A stretch of DNA of 62,574 nucleotides, the filler included, from Stramenopiles sp. TOSAG23-3 (taxonomy: Eukaryota): the NCBI GenBank assembly GCA_900128585.1. It is 10 parts of 10 records of this genome, joined end to end, with 100 filler letters (N's around TTAATTAATTAA, not from the genome) between each part and the next. Parts side by side here need not be neighbours in the genome. Positions count along the whole stretch, not along the records: positions 21,568 to 32,183 come from LT642799.1; positions 32,284 to 42,895 come from LT642800.1; 8 more parts are not named here. The stretch is one strand, 5' to 3'. The number at the start of each line of letters is the position of its first letter. The first letter of the stretch is position 1. Positions 24,510-34,602 of the stretch are shown here, one piece after another. The notes below the pieces were generated by a model. It made no database searches and had not been told where the DNA came from. It saw only the letters and a program-made list of their open reading frames with translations. The translations under genes and the position numbers were made by a program.

Positions 24510-27500
24510 ATGTCTGGAAACCCAACACTAAGTTTGGTTAAGGATATTATGGGTCGGCCTCAGCCAAACCCCGAACAGATGGCAGGAGCCATCAGGAGCT
24601 TGTGTGGATCGATACGGTCTGAAGGACTAGAACCTGAAAAGTTCCAAGGGGATTTCCAAAGAGTAGGGTACGACCTGAAGAAGGCCTTGCGGGAGGGTCC
24701 CAATCGGGGGTTTGTCAGTGCCACTCCCCCTGACTCTGGGACCTTTTACAATGTCCTGCAGTCCATGGAAAGGACACTCCAGCAACCCAGCAACGGTGGT
24801 GGTGGTTGGGGAAACTCATCCAGTGGCAATTCAGGCGGAGGGCGTGACTACGGAGGTGGACGGGATCCACCGCGCAGCAATGATTACAGCCCTCGCGGGG
24901 GCGGTGGCTACAACGACCGTGGAGGGCGTGGTGGTGGCTACAACGACCGTGGAGGACGTGGTGGTGGCTACAACGACCGTGGAGGACGTGGTGGTGGCTA
25001 CAACGACCGCGGGGGAGGTGGCGGTGGCTACAACGACCGCGGGGGAGGTGGCGGTGGCTACAACGACCGCGGGGGAGGTGGTGGTGGGCGCGGTGCGTGC
25101 TATGCCTTCCAACGAGGGGATTGCCACCGAGGCGATAGCTGTCGTTTCTCACACGATAGTGGAGGTGGCGGCGGAGGACGTGGCGGTGGCAACACTGACC
25201 GTGGAGGAGGCGACAGGCGACGACCACGGGGCCAGGACGACTACAACGACAGGGGAGGAGGTCGGCCAAGAAACTTCGGTTCTCGCCAAGCAACTGATGC
25301 GGAACTAAGCGACAACGCGGACCGAAATTGTGAGTTGACTCGAAATTGTTTTCGGCTTTCGACCAAATCCTCCCAACAGATGCATCAGTACCGTGCGGAA
25401 TTTGAAATATTCTCTGCGGAAGAAAACGGGTTCGTCCAGGACGAGATTCTGCAGACAGGAGTGGGAGAGCACGCCCAGATGCGAAACCGTTTGATGAATA
25501 AATGCTTTCGGCACTTCCAAGAAGGTGCATTTCGCCTGCGCCTTCCAGGGTCTACCCGAAATTACCCAAAGGAGAACGCGTCTTTTGACGGCATGACGTT
25601 CATGTCCCTTTCCTCGAAGGAACAATTGGACGAGCTGTCTGGAAAGGATGTCTCAACCGAAGGCGTTGAGGTGAGTTGGGAATCCCGAAAAACGCGTGAT
25701 CCTCGCCAAGAGGAGGAGGAGGATGAGGAGGGCGCAGGAGAAAAGCCTCAGACCACAAAGTACTGTATAAAGCTCATCAATGTGAGATCAATCGAAGATC
25801 TCAATGAGATTGATTCGAGTGAATCCGTTCAAGTCCAAACCAGTTGGGTAAGAAAAGCCATAAGTGACTCTGACACAGAATACATCGCTACCATTGAAAA
25901 TGGAGTATTCCTCAAGAAGAGTGATGTCCGCGCCATCATGGAAAATGCCGTTGGGCGACAAAATCGCGGCACTGGTTTGGCAACGATCCAAGAGCTTGAC
26001 ATCAGAGGTTCGGACAACCTTATTCTTGTTCGGGGTTGGAATACTTGTGTCGGGCATTCCAGCGAGGGATTCTTTCTTGAAGTGGCCCTGAAAAATATTT
26101 ACTTTCAGAAAATGTCTGTGTTGAAGCAGATGACAGATTCGGGGTTTAAGTTGATTGGGGAGACTGGGGAGAGGGAGAAGGAGAGAATATGGGAGCTGTT
26201 TAAGGGGAAAAGAGTCGTAACCATGTACAATGGTCGGAAGTATCTCCTGGACCATATCAAGTGGGACGTAACGGCGGGTGACGCGGTACCGGAGAACCTG
26301 AACCAAAAGCTCATGAAGAAGAAGTCGCAGACGAATCCGTACACGTATAAGGAGTATTTCCTCCTGAACTATGACTGCCACGTAGACGCGAATGAGCCGC
26401 TTCTGTGCAGCATGGTGACGTCCCGACGTGGAGGCGAAGCCAGGACCCACGAATGCTTGCTGCCCCCATCGCTTTGCCACCGCCTTGGCCTTAACCAGGA
26501 CCAGGACAGGAACAGTAGTACAAAACAGGCCATGGTAAACAATTGCAGGGTCAGTCCAAGAGACGGCTTGGAGTTTGCACAGCTGTTTGTGAGAGAAATT
26601 TCAACTGTCATGGGCAGGCCTGGTTTTCCCATTACCGTGGACCCTCACCCCATAACAAGGACGGGGAAAGTATTCAAAAAAGCAGTGATCGAGTTTAACG
26701 ATGAAACCGCCTACTTTCCAAGTGACCGCCACGATTGGCGGAGACCGCAGCAAGGGAAGCCCATCGCAAAGCAAAATGAAGGAACCATTGAATTGAAGAA
26801 CTGGGCAATTATTTGCCCGGTACGCCACCGACGAGATGCTGAGGACTTTGTGCGAAATTTTGACAGGATTCAAGGTCCGCTCCGAGTCGCTCTTGGCCAA
26901 CGACCGGTTTGGATTGAACCGAATGGTTCGAGTGCAGACGACTACATCAGGGCCTACACACAAGAGATCAGAAGGCAGCAAAATGGTTTCGATTTTGTTC
27001 TGGTTGTGTTGACTAGCACGACCGCATCGTTTTACGAAGCGATCAAAGGTTATTTAACTTTTTCTGAATGGGCAACCATGTCGCAGTGCATATCCCCACA
27101 AAATTCTTTACGTAACTCGAAGCGTATGATGAGCGTGGCGACGGGGGTGGTGCTTCAAATTGCTGGGCCAAAGAATGGTAAATCCATCTGGTCTGTGCGT
27201 GCGCTGAGCGACCTTACAGCCAGGATTTGCAAACCAGCCGAAGGGAAGCCGAAGAAATGCTGTGTCATGGCCCTGAGCCAGTGGCAGGGTATGAGTTGCT
27301 TAACTTTCAGTGTCGACGAGGGCTTGGTGGACATTCGGTGCGATTTTCATTTATCCGAAATTGTGGACGAAATTCGCATAGGAGGTGATCCTTTTCAAGC
27401 CGAAATGGTGAAGAATAGTCTTGATCGGTACGCGAAAGCCAATGACAGCACAATGCCAAATGGTATCTTGCTCTACGTGACTGGCCATGGGGATGGACAA

Positions 27501-28001
27501 TCGAGATATGCCGAGGAGTCTACGTTGAGAATCGTGACACAAGTTACTGAACATTATGACAGCAAGGGTCTCCCAAGGCCTGGTTTCGAAGTTTGCCAAG
27601 TGAACCAATCAGGCTCAAAACTTTTGGGTGCTCGCATGGACAATGCTGACCCAGGAAGCTGCCTGGACATCGATACGGAAACGTCCATTCTGCTTGCGCA
27701 CAAGTGTGGGATTCGGGATGCCACCGCTGTCCCTATAAAACTCATTCGAGCGACTCCAACACTCTTAGAAATGGGGCCTGATTCTTGGGATGCTGTCAAA
27801 CGAATTTCCCATAAGCAGTGTCATATGTATGAGAATTATCCTGGCGTCATCAGGCTTCCCTCCATATTACACAAATCGAAAATTGGGGCTGAAAAGCTTT
27901 CAAAATGGTGGAAAAAATTCCAAGCCAGTGATAATGGTACTAATTGGCAGAGTGGGCGTCGTAACCTGGAACCTTTTTTAGACAAGTCGTTCTTTGTGTA
28001 A
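24510..28001 (+). CDS. PIWI-type Argonaute with RGG repeats and CCCH zinc finger; catalytic tetrad degenerate
   Basis: PAZ-like (VVTMYNGRKY...YKEYF...LPPSLC), MID (FYEAIK...SQCI...LQIAGPK) and PIWI (GHGDGQ, DPGS, CHMYENYPGVIRLP) segments. ATG at 24510. Confidence 0.9.
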   Translation: MSGNPTLSLVKDIMGRPQPNPEQMAGAIRSLCGSIRSEGLEPEKFQGDFQRVGYDLKKALREGPNRGFVSATPPDSGTFYNVLQSMERTLQQPSNGGGGWGNSSSGNSGGGRDYGGGRDPPRSNDYSPRGGGGYNDRGGRGGGYNDRGGRGGGYNDRGGRGGGYNDRGGGGGGYNDRGGGGGGYNDRGGGGGGRGACYAFQRGDCHRGDSCRFSHDSGGGGGGRGGGNTDRGGGDRRRPRGQDDYNDRGGGRPRNFGSRQATDAELSDNADRNCELTRNCFRLSTKSSQQMHQYRAEFEIFSAEENGFVQDEILQTGVGEHAQMRNRLMNKCFRHFQEGAFRLRLPGSTRNYPKENASFDGMTFMSLSSKEQLDELSGKDVSTEGVEVSWESRKTRDPRQEEEEDEEGAGEKPQTTKYCIKLINVRSIEDLNEIDSSESVQVQTSWVRKAISDSDTEYIATIENGVFLKKSDVRAIMENAVGRQNRGTGLATIQELDIRGSDNLILVRGWNTCVGHSSEGFFLEVALKNIYFQKMSVLKQMTDSGFKLIGETGEREKERIWELFKGKRVVTMYNGRKYLLDHIKWDVTAGDAVPENLNQKLMKKKSQTNPYTYKEYFLLNYDCHVDANEPLLCSMVTSRRGGEARTHECLLPPSLCHRLGLNQDQDRNSSTKQAMVNNCRVSPRDGLEFAQLFVREISTVMGRPGFPITVDPHPITRTGKVFKKAVIEFNDETAYFPSDRHDWRRPQQGKPIAKQNEGTIELKNWAIICPVRHRRDAEDFVRNFDRIQGPLRVALGQRPVWIEPNGSSADDYIRAYTQEIRRQQNGFDFVLVVLTSTTASFYEAIKGYLTFSEWATMSQCISPQNSLRNSKRMMSVATGVVLQIAGPKNGKSIWSVRALSDLTARICKPAEGKPKKCCVMALSQWQGMSCLTFSVDEGLVDIRCDFHLSEIVDEIRIGGDPFQAEMVKNSLDRYAKANDSTMPNGILLYVTGHGDGQSRYAEESTLRIVTQVTEHYDSKGLPRPGFEVCQVNQSGSKLLGARMDNADPGSCLDIDTETSILLAHKCGIRDATAVPIKLIRATPTLLEMGPDSWDAVKRISHKQCHMYENYPGVIRLPSILHKSKIGAEKLSKWWKKFQASDNGTNWQSGRRNLEPFLDKSFFV
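24904..25083 (+). repeat. 30-bp tandem repeat x6 encoding GGYNDRGG(R/G)G
   Basis: ggtggctacaacgaccg(t/c)gg... repeated in frame. Confidence 0.95.
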
Positions 28002-28778
28002 AACAAAAAAAAACAAAGCATAGTGAGCAGGAACGGTCTGGGAACACCATTTATTATCCTGCTCGTGTCGGTCATATGCGCACTATCCGCCTGAAGTGCG
28101 AAACTCAGCCAACTGTGCTGCAATTTCGTTTTTTTTATTTATTATTATCAGTTATTATTTCCCTTTCATTATAATAACGATGTATTGCCATCATTTTTCC
28201 CTGTTTTTTTTGTTCCCTTCTTGTTCTATTGTTCTATTGTTCTACGAGTATTGTTCTACCTCGTATTATTGTACCGGTACTACTTCTAAATCATTAGTCG
28301 TCTATGATAATAATAATAATAAGCCCTCCGCGACACAATAACGGAATAATACTATTATTCCTACGTAGTATATTATTCGCAAACAAAAAATGCATTTCGC
28401 TTGTTCGCTTGCTGCTGACTCTTCTTCTTCTCCCTATTTAGGTCTAATAATAAAAAATATTACACTACTACATAGCAATAGCAGGAAAATCATTCTCTCT
28501 ATCTCATCATCATAATATTTTTTTTAACACAACAACACACCACTCTTCTCTAAATGATTTGCTTCTGGGATTTCTGCTTCCTAATTTTTTCTCCTCCTCA
28601 CAAAATTGCTTCTACCATATTGCATTAACTATTAATGTAGCTCACTGAAGCAAATGATAGAAAAATCAGGTAGCAGGTCCCGAGCCACTATGTGATATTT
28701 TTCATACGAAAAGCGCAAACGGAAAGGCAACGATCATTTTACGTCAAGGGATTACAAACAAAATCTACGTGTGTCAAA

Positions 28779-29936
28779 ATGTTATCCGCCGAACACTATG
28801 CCCTGGAAAATGAGCTTGTACGAAGTGTACTTGAAATTAAACAAAAAGAAATTGAGTTTTACTTGGACCGTTTCAGTGCTATTGCAACTCAGAGCGCTCT
28901 TCTGTTGGGTGTTGTAACGGGTGGGTTTGCCAGTTTCGATTCTGGTAAATTTGACCATACTGATCATCCCTGGTTAAAAAGCATTGAAAAACCTTACATT
29001 TACTGTGGAACACTCTCTCTTATATGCTCCCTGGATACAATCATGGTCGCCACGTTTGCAGGTATCTGGGGTCCGTCGCTTGCGCTACGGGGACCCGGTG
29101 GCAGTGTAACAAAAGCCTACTATGTTCTTAAAAAGCAATCAAAGCATGTTATGCTGTCGTTTGGCTTATCGATTTTGTTCTTCACTGTGTTCATTGCGTC
29201 CGCAATGTTCACAGTGGACTTGCCGGGTGTTTTTTTTACGGACGCAACAATTTGCGGTGCCCTTATTATTGTTGCAGTTTCGATGTCCACTAGAAATTTG
29301 TACCGCGTACGTGAATCATTTATGTTTAAAAAGCAAGTAATAATGGATAATGTAGTGACGCCCGAGGAGAGTGTCGAACTGAAGGATGTTTCAATGCATA
29401 AGAGCAGCTCAGAGCTTTCACAAAGGTTACTATCAAGCTTGACAAAGGCGAGTAGTGGTTCATTCGAGGATCACTCCACCGAGCGACCTGCTGACGAACC
29501 CATAGTTGGCGCTAAAGTTGCACCAGTGGATGGAGCTTTTCAGTGTGAAGGTTATTTAGAAAAGCGAGGGAAAATACAGAATAGCTTAATTGGCTACGAA
29601 TCTTGGGCAAAACGGTATTTTCTTTTACTCGGCACCAAACTCTATGGTTTCAAAAATGAAGATGCGTGTCATGATTATTTTTATAACCCGAACGGGAAAA
29701 ACCGAACGAGCACTAAAATTATCGAACTTGGAGGATATGAAATCATGGTCGATTCTCAAGTGGTCTCGAACCAAAACGCAAATCGGGGAAAGCCTCGTTT
29801 CGGTTTTTCATTGGTGCGCATTGATGATCAAGAATCTGAAAGAGACCGTTTCTTTCGAACCGATTCAAGCGAGTCGTTGAATACGTGGGTCAAAGCTTTG
29901 GTAATGGCAAGCCTGACTGGCGACGATGAGAGTTAG
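28779..29936 (+). CDS. Four-TM Orai-like membrane protein fused to a C-terminal PH domain
   Basis: TQSALLLG (cf. Orai RTSALLSG), WGPSLALRGPGGS and four hydrophobic segments. PH motifs EGYLEKRG, WAKRYFLL and WVKAL. Confidence 0.65.
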   Translation: MLSAEHYALENELVRSVLEIKQKEIEFYLDRFSAIATQSALLLGVVTGGFASFDSGKFDHTDHPWLKSIEKPYIYCGTLSLICSLDTIMVATFAGIWGPSLALRGPGGSVTKAYYVLKKQSKHVMLSFGLSILFFTVFIASAMFTVDLPGVFFTDATICGALIIVAVSMSTRNLYRVRESFMFKKQVIMDNVVTPEESVELKDVSMHKSSSELSQRLLSSLTKASSGSFEDHSTERPADEPIVGAKVAPVDGAFQCEGYLEKRGKIQNSLIGYESWAKRYFLLLGTKLYGFKNEDACHDYFYNPNGKNRTSTKIIELGGYEIMVDSQVVSNQNANRGKPRFGFSLVRIDDQESERDRFFRTDSSESLNTWVKALVMASLTGDDES

Positions 29937-30304
29937 AACGGACGTGACCGACCGATAACCGATGAGTACGCTGCCCATGCACTCCACAGAGTGCAAGGGA
30001 TAATACAAATAAAACATAAATTTAACATTGTAACCAGAATTCTTTCAGCAATTTGAATTGGGACTGGTGAAAGGTCATGGTCTGGATGGGAACTTTTAAG
30101 CCGGTTATTTACTCCTTTTCAAACTGGTCTGTCGCGTACCCCACCAGGCGCGCCTGTAGCGGTCGGTAAATAAAATCCATTCAGTCAGATGAGGAGAAGA
30201 GAGGAGATAAGAGTCAGAGTTTTTCTGTGTGGTTATAATTTTATAAGATAGACTATAAATAGTATGTAGAAAAACAAATTATTTATGCCTAATTATAGAT
30301 CCGA

Positions 30305-30771
30305 AAATCGGTGAAGTGGTGGTCTGCTATTGCCTGTACTTTTTCACTAGGAGCAAATGTCCAGGCACAGAGCACCGACTAACTTTTTGGGGCCTCTCAC
30401 GATAGAGTCCTTTTGTTGCTCCCCATAGGCTAAGGCTATTCTTCTCCTCACAAATATACGACTAGAATTGATTATGGCATCAATATCAAACCTCACATTA
30501 TAGCCAACTCCCTCACATAATTTAGGGCATTTTTTGCTATACGGATTTATATAGGTAAATATTACAAGTACAACACGCGTTTATCGCAAAAACTTTTACT
30601 ATTGTACTTATAACAGTTACCAATATATATTTGTATAGTAAGAAACAAATAATAAATCTGACTGTGTCAAGCTAGCACTTTCTACAAAAAAGGTTAGTCG
30701 GTGCTCTGTGCCTGGACATTTGCGCCTAGTGAAAAAGTACAGGCAATAGCAGACCACCACTTCACCGATTT
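30305..30771. mobile_element. MITE-like element with 79-bp terminal inverted repeats
   Basis: 30305-30383 is the reverse complement of 30693-30771 with one mismatch; non-coding interior. Confidence 0.8.
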
Positions 30772-30900
30772 CAAACTTTTTAAACAGCAAGCAGGCGTGT
30801 ATGGAATTGAGCATAAGGAAATCAATCTCCTCTGAGAGAGAGAAGAAATCTCAAATATGATGATGCATTCTGGAAGAACTCGCACGAGTTACAAAAACAT

Positions 30901-31902
30901 ATGAAAGAATCCTTGGAACCGCATTTCCAGGGAGTTGCTATGTTTGTGAATGAAACTGTTGTCAAGGGTGGCAACGGTCACGGGCTCACCGAAGCCACTA
31001 TTGGGGAGTACTTCAAGTCATTGGCTGGTTTACTTATCCCATGTTACACTTTGTTTATGATGCGGTATGGTTCATATTTAGAGGCTCCCCATAATATGAT
31101 AGTTTTCTATGATATTGGTGTTTTTTCCTTACGGAATTTGGTTTCGTTGATTGTGCTTTTTCATATACAGTTAGGTGTTGAGTCGAGTTGGTTTTGTTCG
31201 TTTCGCGATATTTCGGTCAAGTTTTTAAAAGGACTTCACACAACGTTTGTGCTCGAATATGCCGTAGAGGTTATGTATGTTATATCTCGACGGAAGTATT
31301 TTACATGGTGTGACGATCGGGATAAGGGCATCGATCGCAAAAAAGTATATTTTGGAATTGCGTTTGGGGTGGCCACACTGACGTCTATTCTAATATGGTC
31401 TCCGGGAGGGTGGCGCCTAGACGGGATTTGCACGGTAGCTCGAGGTATATTTGAGCAAACGAACGCCAAGCAATATCGAGCCCTAAAGTACGCGGTTTAC
31501 AACTGGTTTACTACAATCTTCTATTCTTTGGCGTTGATCATAACTCTCTGTACCTGTATTAAGCTGCAGCGTGCAGCTACCACCCAGCAAAAGAGGGCAC
31601 GTGCGTTAGCATGGAAGTTGATCTTGATGACTTTTGTTATGGCTGTCCCCGCAGAGCTGCAGACCGCTCTTCAAGTAAACTCACTACACGATCCTGATTC
31701 ATTATTTTCCCGAGCGTTGCACTGGGTCCGGGATATGTACGGTATCTTTGTTGCGATTTATGTAGTTTTGATCAGCAAACCATTACAGGCAACATTTTGT
31801 TTACCATGGTGGTGTTTTCAGGGAAGTGAGGAGGACACAAACAACAATGCAACACATGGCGATGATTCGTATGTTGAGCTCTCTGACAAGGAAGGAGTCT
31901 AG
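30901..31902 (+). CDS. Seven-transmembrane GPCR-like receptor
   Basis: About 7 hydrophobic helices, Cys at the start of TM3 (WFC) and in ECL2 (GIC), basic third cytoplasmic loop. Confidence 0.65.
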   Translation: MKESLEPHFQGVAMFVNETVVKGGNGHGLTEATIGEYFKSLAGLLIPCYTLFMMRYGSYLEAPHNMIVFYDIGVFSLRNLVSLIVLFHIQLGVESSWFCSFRDISVKFLKGLHTTFVLEYAVEVMYVISRRKYFTWCDDRDKGIDRKKVYFGIAFGVATLTSILIWSPGGWRLDGICTVARGIFEQTNAKQYRALKYAVYNWFTTIFYSLALIITLCTCIKLQRAATTQQKRARALAWKLILMTFVMAVPAELQTALQVNSLHDPDSLFSRALHWVRDMYGIFVAIYVVLISKPLQATFCLPWWCFQGSEEDTNNNATHGDDSYVELSDKEGV

Positions 31903-32283
31903 GTCCCACAATCCATCCTTCATTGCAAGATGTGATTGATTGTTATAAATGAAAATTAGTATTAAATATCATCGCGAAAATTATATTAAGAGTACGGAAA
32001 TAAGACTTTAAATTATTTTGTTTACAAAATCTTATTATATTAAAACAAGAAAATTGGCTGTTATTTTTAAGTAATTAAATTTAGCGTATTATATATTTAT
32101 TATCGCGGAGATACACAGTTATGAGGATTATGATTGGGTTCAGGGTCGTATGGTAGAATATCGTAGGAATGATAATGATGGTCNNNNNNNNNNNNNNNNN
32201 NNNNNNNNNNNNNNNNNNNNNNNNNNNTTAATTAATTAANNNNNNNNNNNNNNNNNNNNNNNNNNNNNNNNNNNNNNNNNNNN

Positions 32284-32416
32284 CTTCTTTACCCTTGTCA
32301 CTTTGCGTGTATTGTTTGACTGTATCTTTGCGCCTTTGATTGGCGACGGCATGTATCAACAACTCATTATATTGGTCAGGTGTAAGCTTTATTGAGAATG
32401 GCATGATACTATACAT
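32284..32416 (-). CDS. Small basic protein, 5' part; continues at 42816-42674 after circularisation (91 aa)
   Basis: MYSIMPFSIKL...LIHAVANQRRKDTVKQYTQSDKGKE is shared with the ORF at the other end; the joined ORF is intact. Confidence 0.8.
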
Positions 32417-32420
32417 ATTG

Positions 32421-32436
32421 TATATATCTTTAAGTA
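32421..32436 (-). promoter_or_regulatory. TACTTAAAGATATATA promoter-like motif (identical copy 32771-32786; variant ACTTAAACATAT 38898-38909 on +)
   Basis: Each copy lies 5-35 nt upstream of an ATG, in the gene's own orientation. Confidence 0.55.
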
Positions 32437-32463
32437 GTAATATTATTTATAAAAATAACATTT

Positions 32464-32739
32464 TTACAAATTGGGAATCTGGAAAGACATAGATATTAAA
32501 CGAGACAAAGCTTCACTTTCACTTAACACTGGATGCCATATTCCATTGACTAATCTCATTATTTTTCCATTTTTCAGAACATTAAGGTTTTTTTCACAAA
32601 CACAGTCTTTTGGGTTTTTATGGGGACAGATTCCGTTGTATGACCATTCACCTTTGGACCCCCTTTTTAGCTTCTTTAATATTCTATTGTATGCTATATC
32701 ATTTAATGCGTAGCTTCTTTTACTTATATTATTTCTCAT
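32464..32739 (-). CDS. Hypothetical 91-aa protein with CPH..C.C cluster
   Basis: ATG preceded by the element's promoter-like motif. Confidence 0.55.
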   Translation of the reverse strand: MRNNISKRSYALNDIAYNRILKKLKRGSKGEWSYNGICPHKNPKDCVCEKNLNVLKNGKIMRLVNGIWHPVLSESEALSRLISMSFQIPNL

Positions 32740-33078
32740 TTTATTATTTATATTATTATAATATATATATTATATATCTTTAAGTAATTACATTTTACCT
32801 TAAATGCGAAAAAACATTTTATCACTTAAAAACAATATCTTAATGTGCATAAGTTGAGATCATCATTGTCCGATGTTATGCACCATTAGGTAACAATTAT
32901 TTAGATTTAAAAGATACAATAGTATAAACAATATAAAGCACCATAAGGTAGTAATATCTAAAAAAATTAAAATTAATAATCAAAAAATAATAGCTATTAT
33001 TTTTTGTTTTATACAAGTGGATTTTTTGTGTATTTGTTACGGGTGCTTTATATTTTTTTGCAACAACTTATAGTTTTC

Positions 33079-34104
33079 TTACCTTTTCCTGGCTTTTTTT
33101 TTGGCTCGCTTTTTTTCTTGCTCATGATTTTTTTTTTCATTCTCCGCTATCGCGTGTCTTTCATCTTGCTGTTGCTTTCTCCAAATTTTGATTTTTCGTT
33201 TGGCAGGAGGGCTGAGCACATGTGCTTGGATTATTTTCTTCAAGGCAAGCTTTCTCTTCTCTTGCTCTTTTGCAATTTTCTCGTTGTATCGCTTTCGGCG
33301 TTCATGAAATTCATCAAGAGCGTTCTTTTCCTCTTCTGCAACAAGTTTTGCACGTTCAGCATTTGCTTTTTCTTCTTCTGCTGTCAATTTTTTAACAACT
33401 TTACGCTTTTTTCTTCTCTCCTCTTTTTCTTGTTCTTTTTTAGCGACATGATCGTTCCATTTTCTGTCGTCACGTTCTTTTTCTTCTCGTTTTCTCTTCT
33501 TTTTAAAATCCTCTTTCCACCCTTTAGGCATAGGCATACATTCAGAGGCTTCTTGCCACGCATCCATGACATCATCTTTCCATCCTGTAGGCATACTTTG
33601 AAATCTTTCACCCGTATAATCTAACAGATCGGCAGTAAATACTGCGGGGTGGCGAATATCCACGCTTCTTGGTGACAACCTTGAAAGGCGTTGAATCACA
33701 CTCTCGTATTGAATTAGATTTGCACCATGAAAAGAAACGTTACTGGAATGGAATATTAAATTTTCAATTGCTCCCACAGGATTAATGACAGCAGTCATAT
33801 CACGACAAATAACATTATCTACTGCCGTGAAAGTGCGAAAGACATAGTTCCAATCTGCTGCGGGACGACCGACGCAATACAGCCTGTAGCCTCCTAGAAT
33901 TTCGCCACCTTCAATCCTGTTCCCAAGTATGTTTGGGTGTTCTCGTAGAGCTAGTCCGTCGTAAGAAAAAGCATGTGTGTGTCGTTCCACAGCATGACAA
34001 TCCTCATTGAATAAGTTATCAAACCTTTGTAGTTGTCGTTGAAGTTCTCCAACCAACCTCCTACCTTCTTCTACGGCGTCAGTTTCGGTTGCAAAGCGTG
34101 CCAT
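33079..34104 (-). CDS. Hypothetical protein with a globular N-half and K/E/R-rich coiled-coil C-half
   Basis: 341-aa ORF starting 1 nt after the stop of the preceding ORF. Confidence 0.75.
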   Translation of the reverse strand: MARFATETDAVEEGRRLVGELQRQLQRFDNLFNEDCHAVERHTHAFSYDGLALREHPNILGNRIEGGEILGGYRLYCVGRPAADWNYVFRTFTAVDNVICRDMTAVINPVGAIENLIFHSSNVSFHGANLIQYESVIQRLSRLSPRSVDIRHPAVFTADLLDYTGERFQSMPTGWKDDVMDAWQEASECMPMPKGWKEDFKKKRKREEKERDDRKWNDHVAKKEQEKEERRKKRKVVKKLTAEEEKANAERAKLVAEEEKNALDEFHERRKRYNEKIAKEQEKRKLALKKIIQAHVLSPPAKRKIKIWRKQQQDERHAIAENEKKNHEQEKKRAKKKARKR

Positions 34105-34105
34105 A

Positions 34106-34570
34106 TTAATAGATAAATATTGGGTTTTTCTTTGAGCTTCCTCTTGATCTTTTTAAACGTTTCTTGTATTTTTCTTTCTTTTCGTTGAATTTTGGCACTG
34201 GTGGTAGTTTTGGTTTTGCTTTCTTCTTCCGTAACATATTCTTTCTCTTCTGTTTCTCGTATGCAACTCTACCTTGTTGTTTAGCGAAATCCAGTTCTTC
34301 TGGTGTATAACTAAGATCCTTCATTGTTTTTTTTAGATCCTTTAGTGCTTCAATAGCATCTTTTTGTGTATTAAATTGAAGATTTTTTGTAGTCTTTCTT
34401 GTCAGCATATTCATAATTTTCCATTTTCCTCTTATTTTAATTGCTTTATATTTCCTTATAAGAGGTTTGAATGGAACATTTTTATAGTATAGCGTGTCTT
34501 TTTTTTTTGGCCGTGGCATAAAACCGTATCGTATATAGTATAGCATGTCTTTTTTTTTTGTTCGTGGCAT
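34106..34570 (-). CDS. Highly basic 154-aa protein (possible DNA-condensing protein)
   Basis: K/R-rich, duplicated MPRxKKKDxLYY; ATG after TATATAAAT. Confidence 0.7.
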   Translation of the reverse strand: MPRTKKKDMLYYIRYGFMPRPKKKDTLYYKNVPFKPLIRKYKAIKIRGKWKIMNMLTRKTTKNLQFNTQKDAIEALKDLKKTMKDLSYTPEELDFAKQQGRVAYEKQKRKNMLRKKKAKPKLPPVPKFNEKKEKYKKRLKRSRGSSKKNPIFIY

Positions 34571-34602
34571 ATTTATATAAATAGAAAAAGATATTTTATT
34601 AA

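Noticed and set aside
24904-25083. 30-bp periodic repeat as a possible CRISPR
   Set aside because: No unique spacers; it is an in-frame RGG coding repeat.
32464-32739. PVLSESEA..L resembles sequence preceding integrase HHCC domains
   Set aside because: No HHCC or DDE motifs follow, so an integrase cannot be called.
33004-33624. 206-aa Phe-rich + strand ORF resembling a membrane protein
   Set aside because: Antisense of the K/E-rich tail of 33079..34104.
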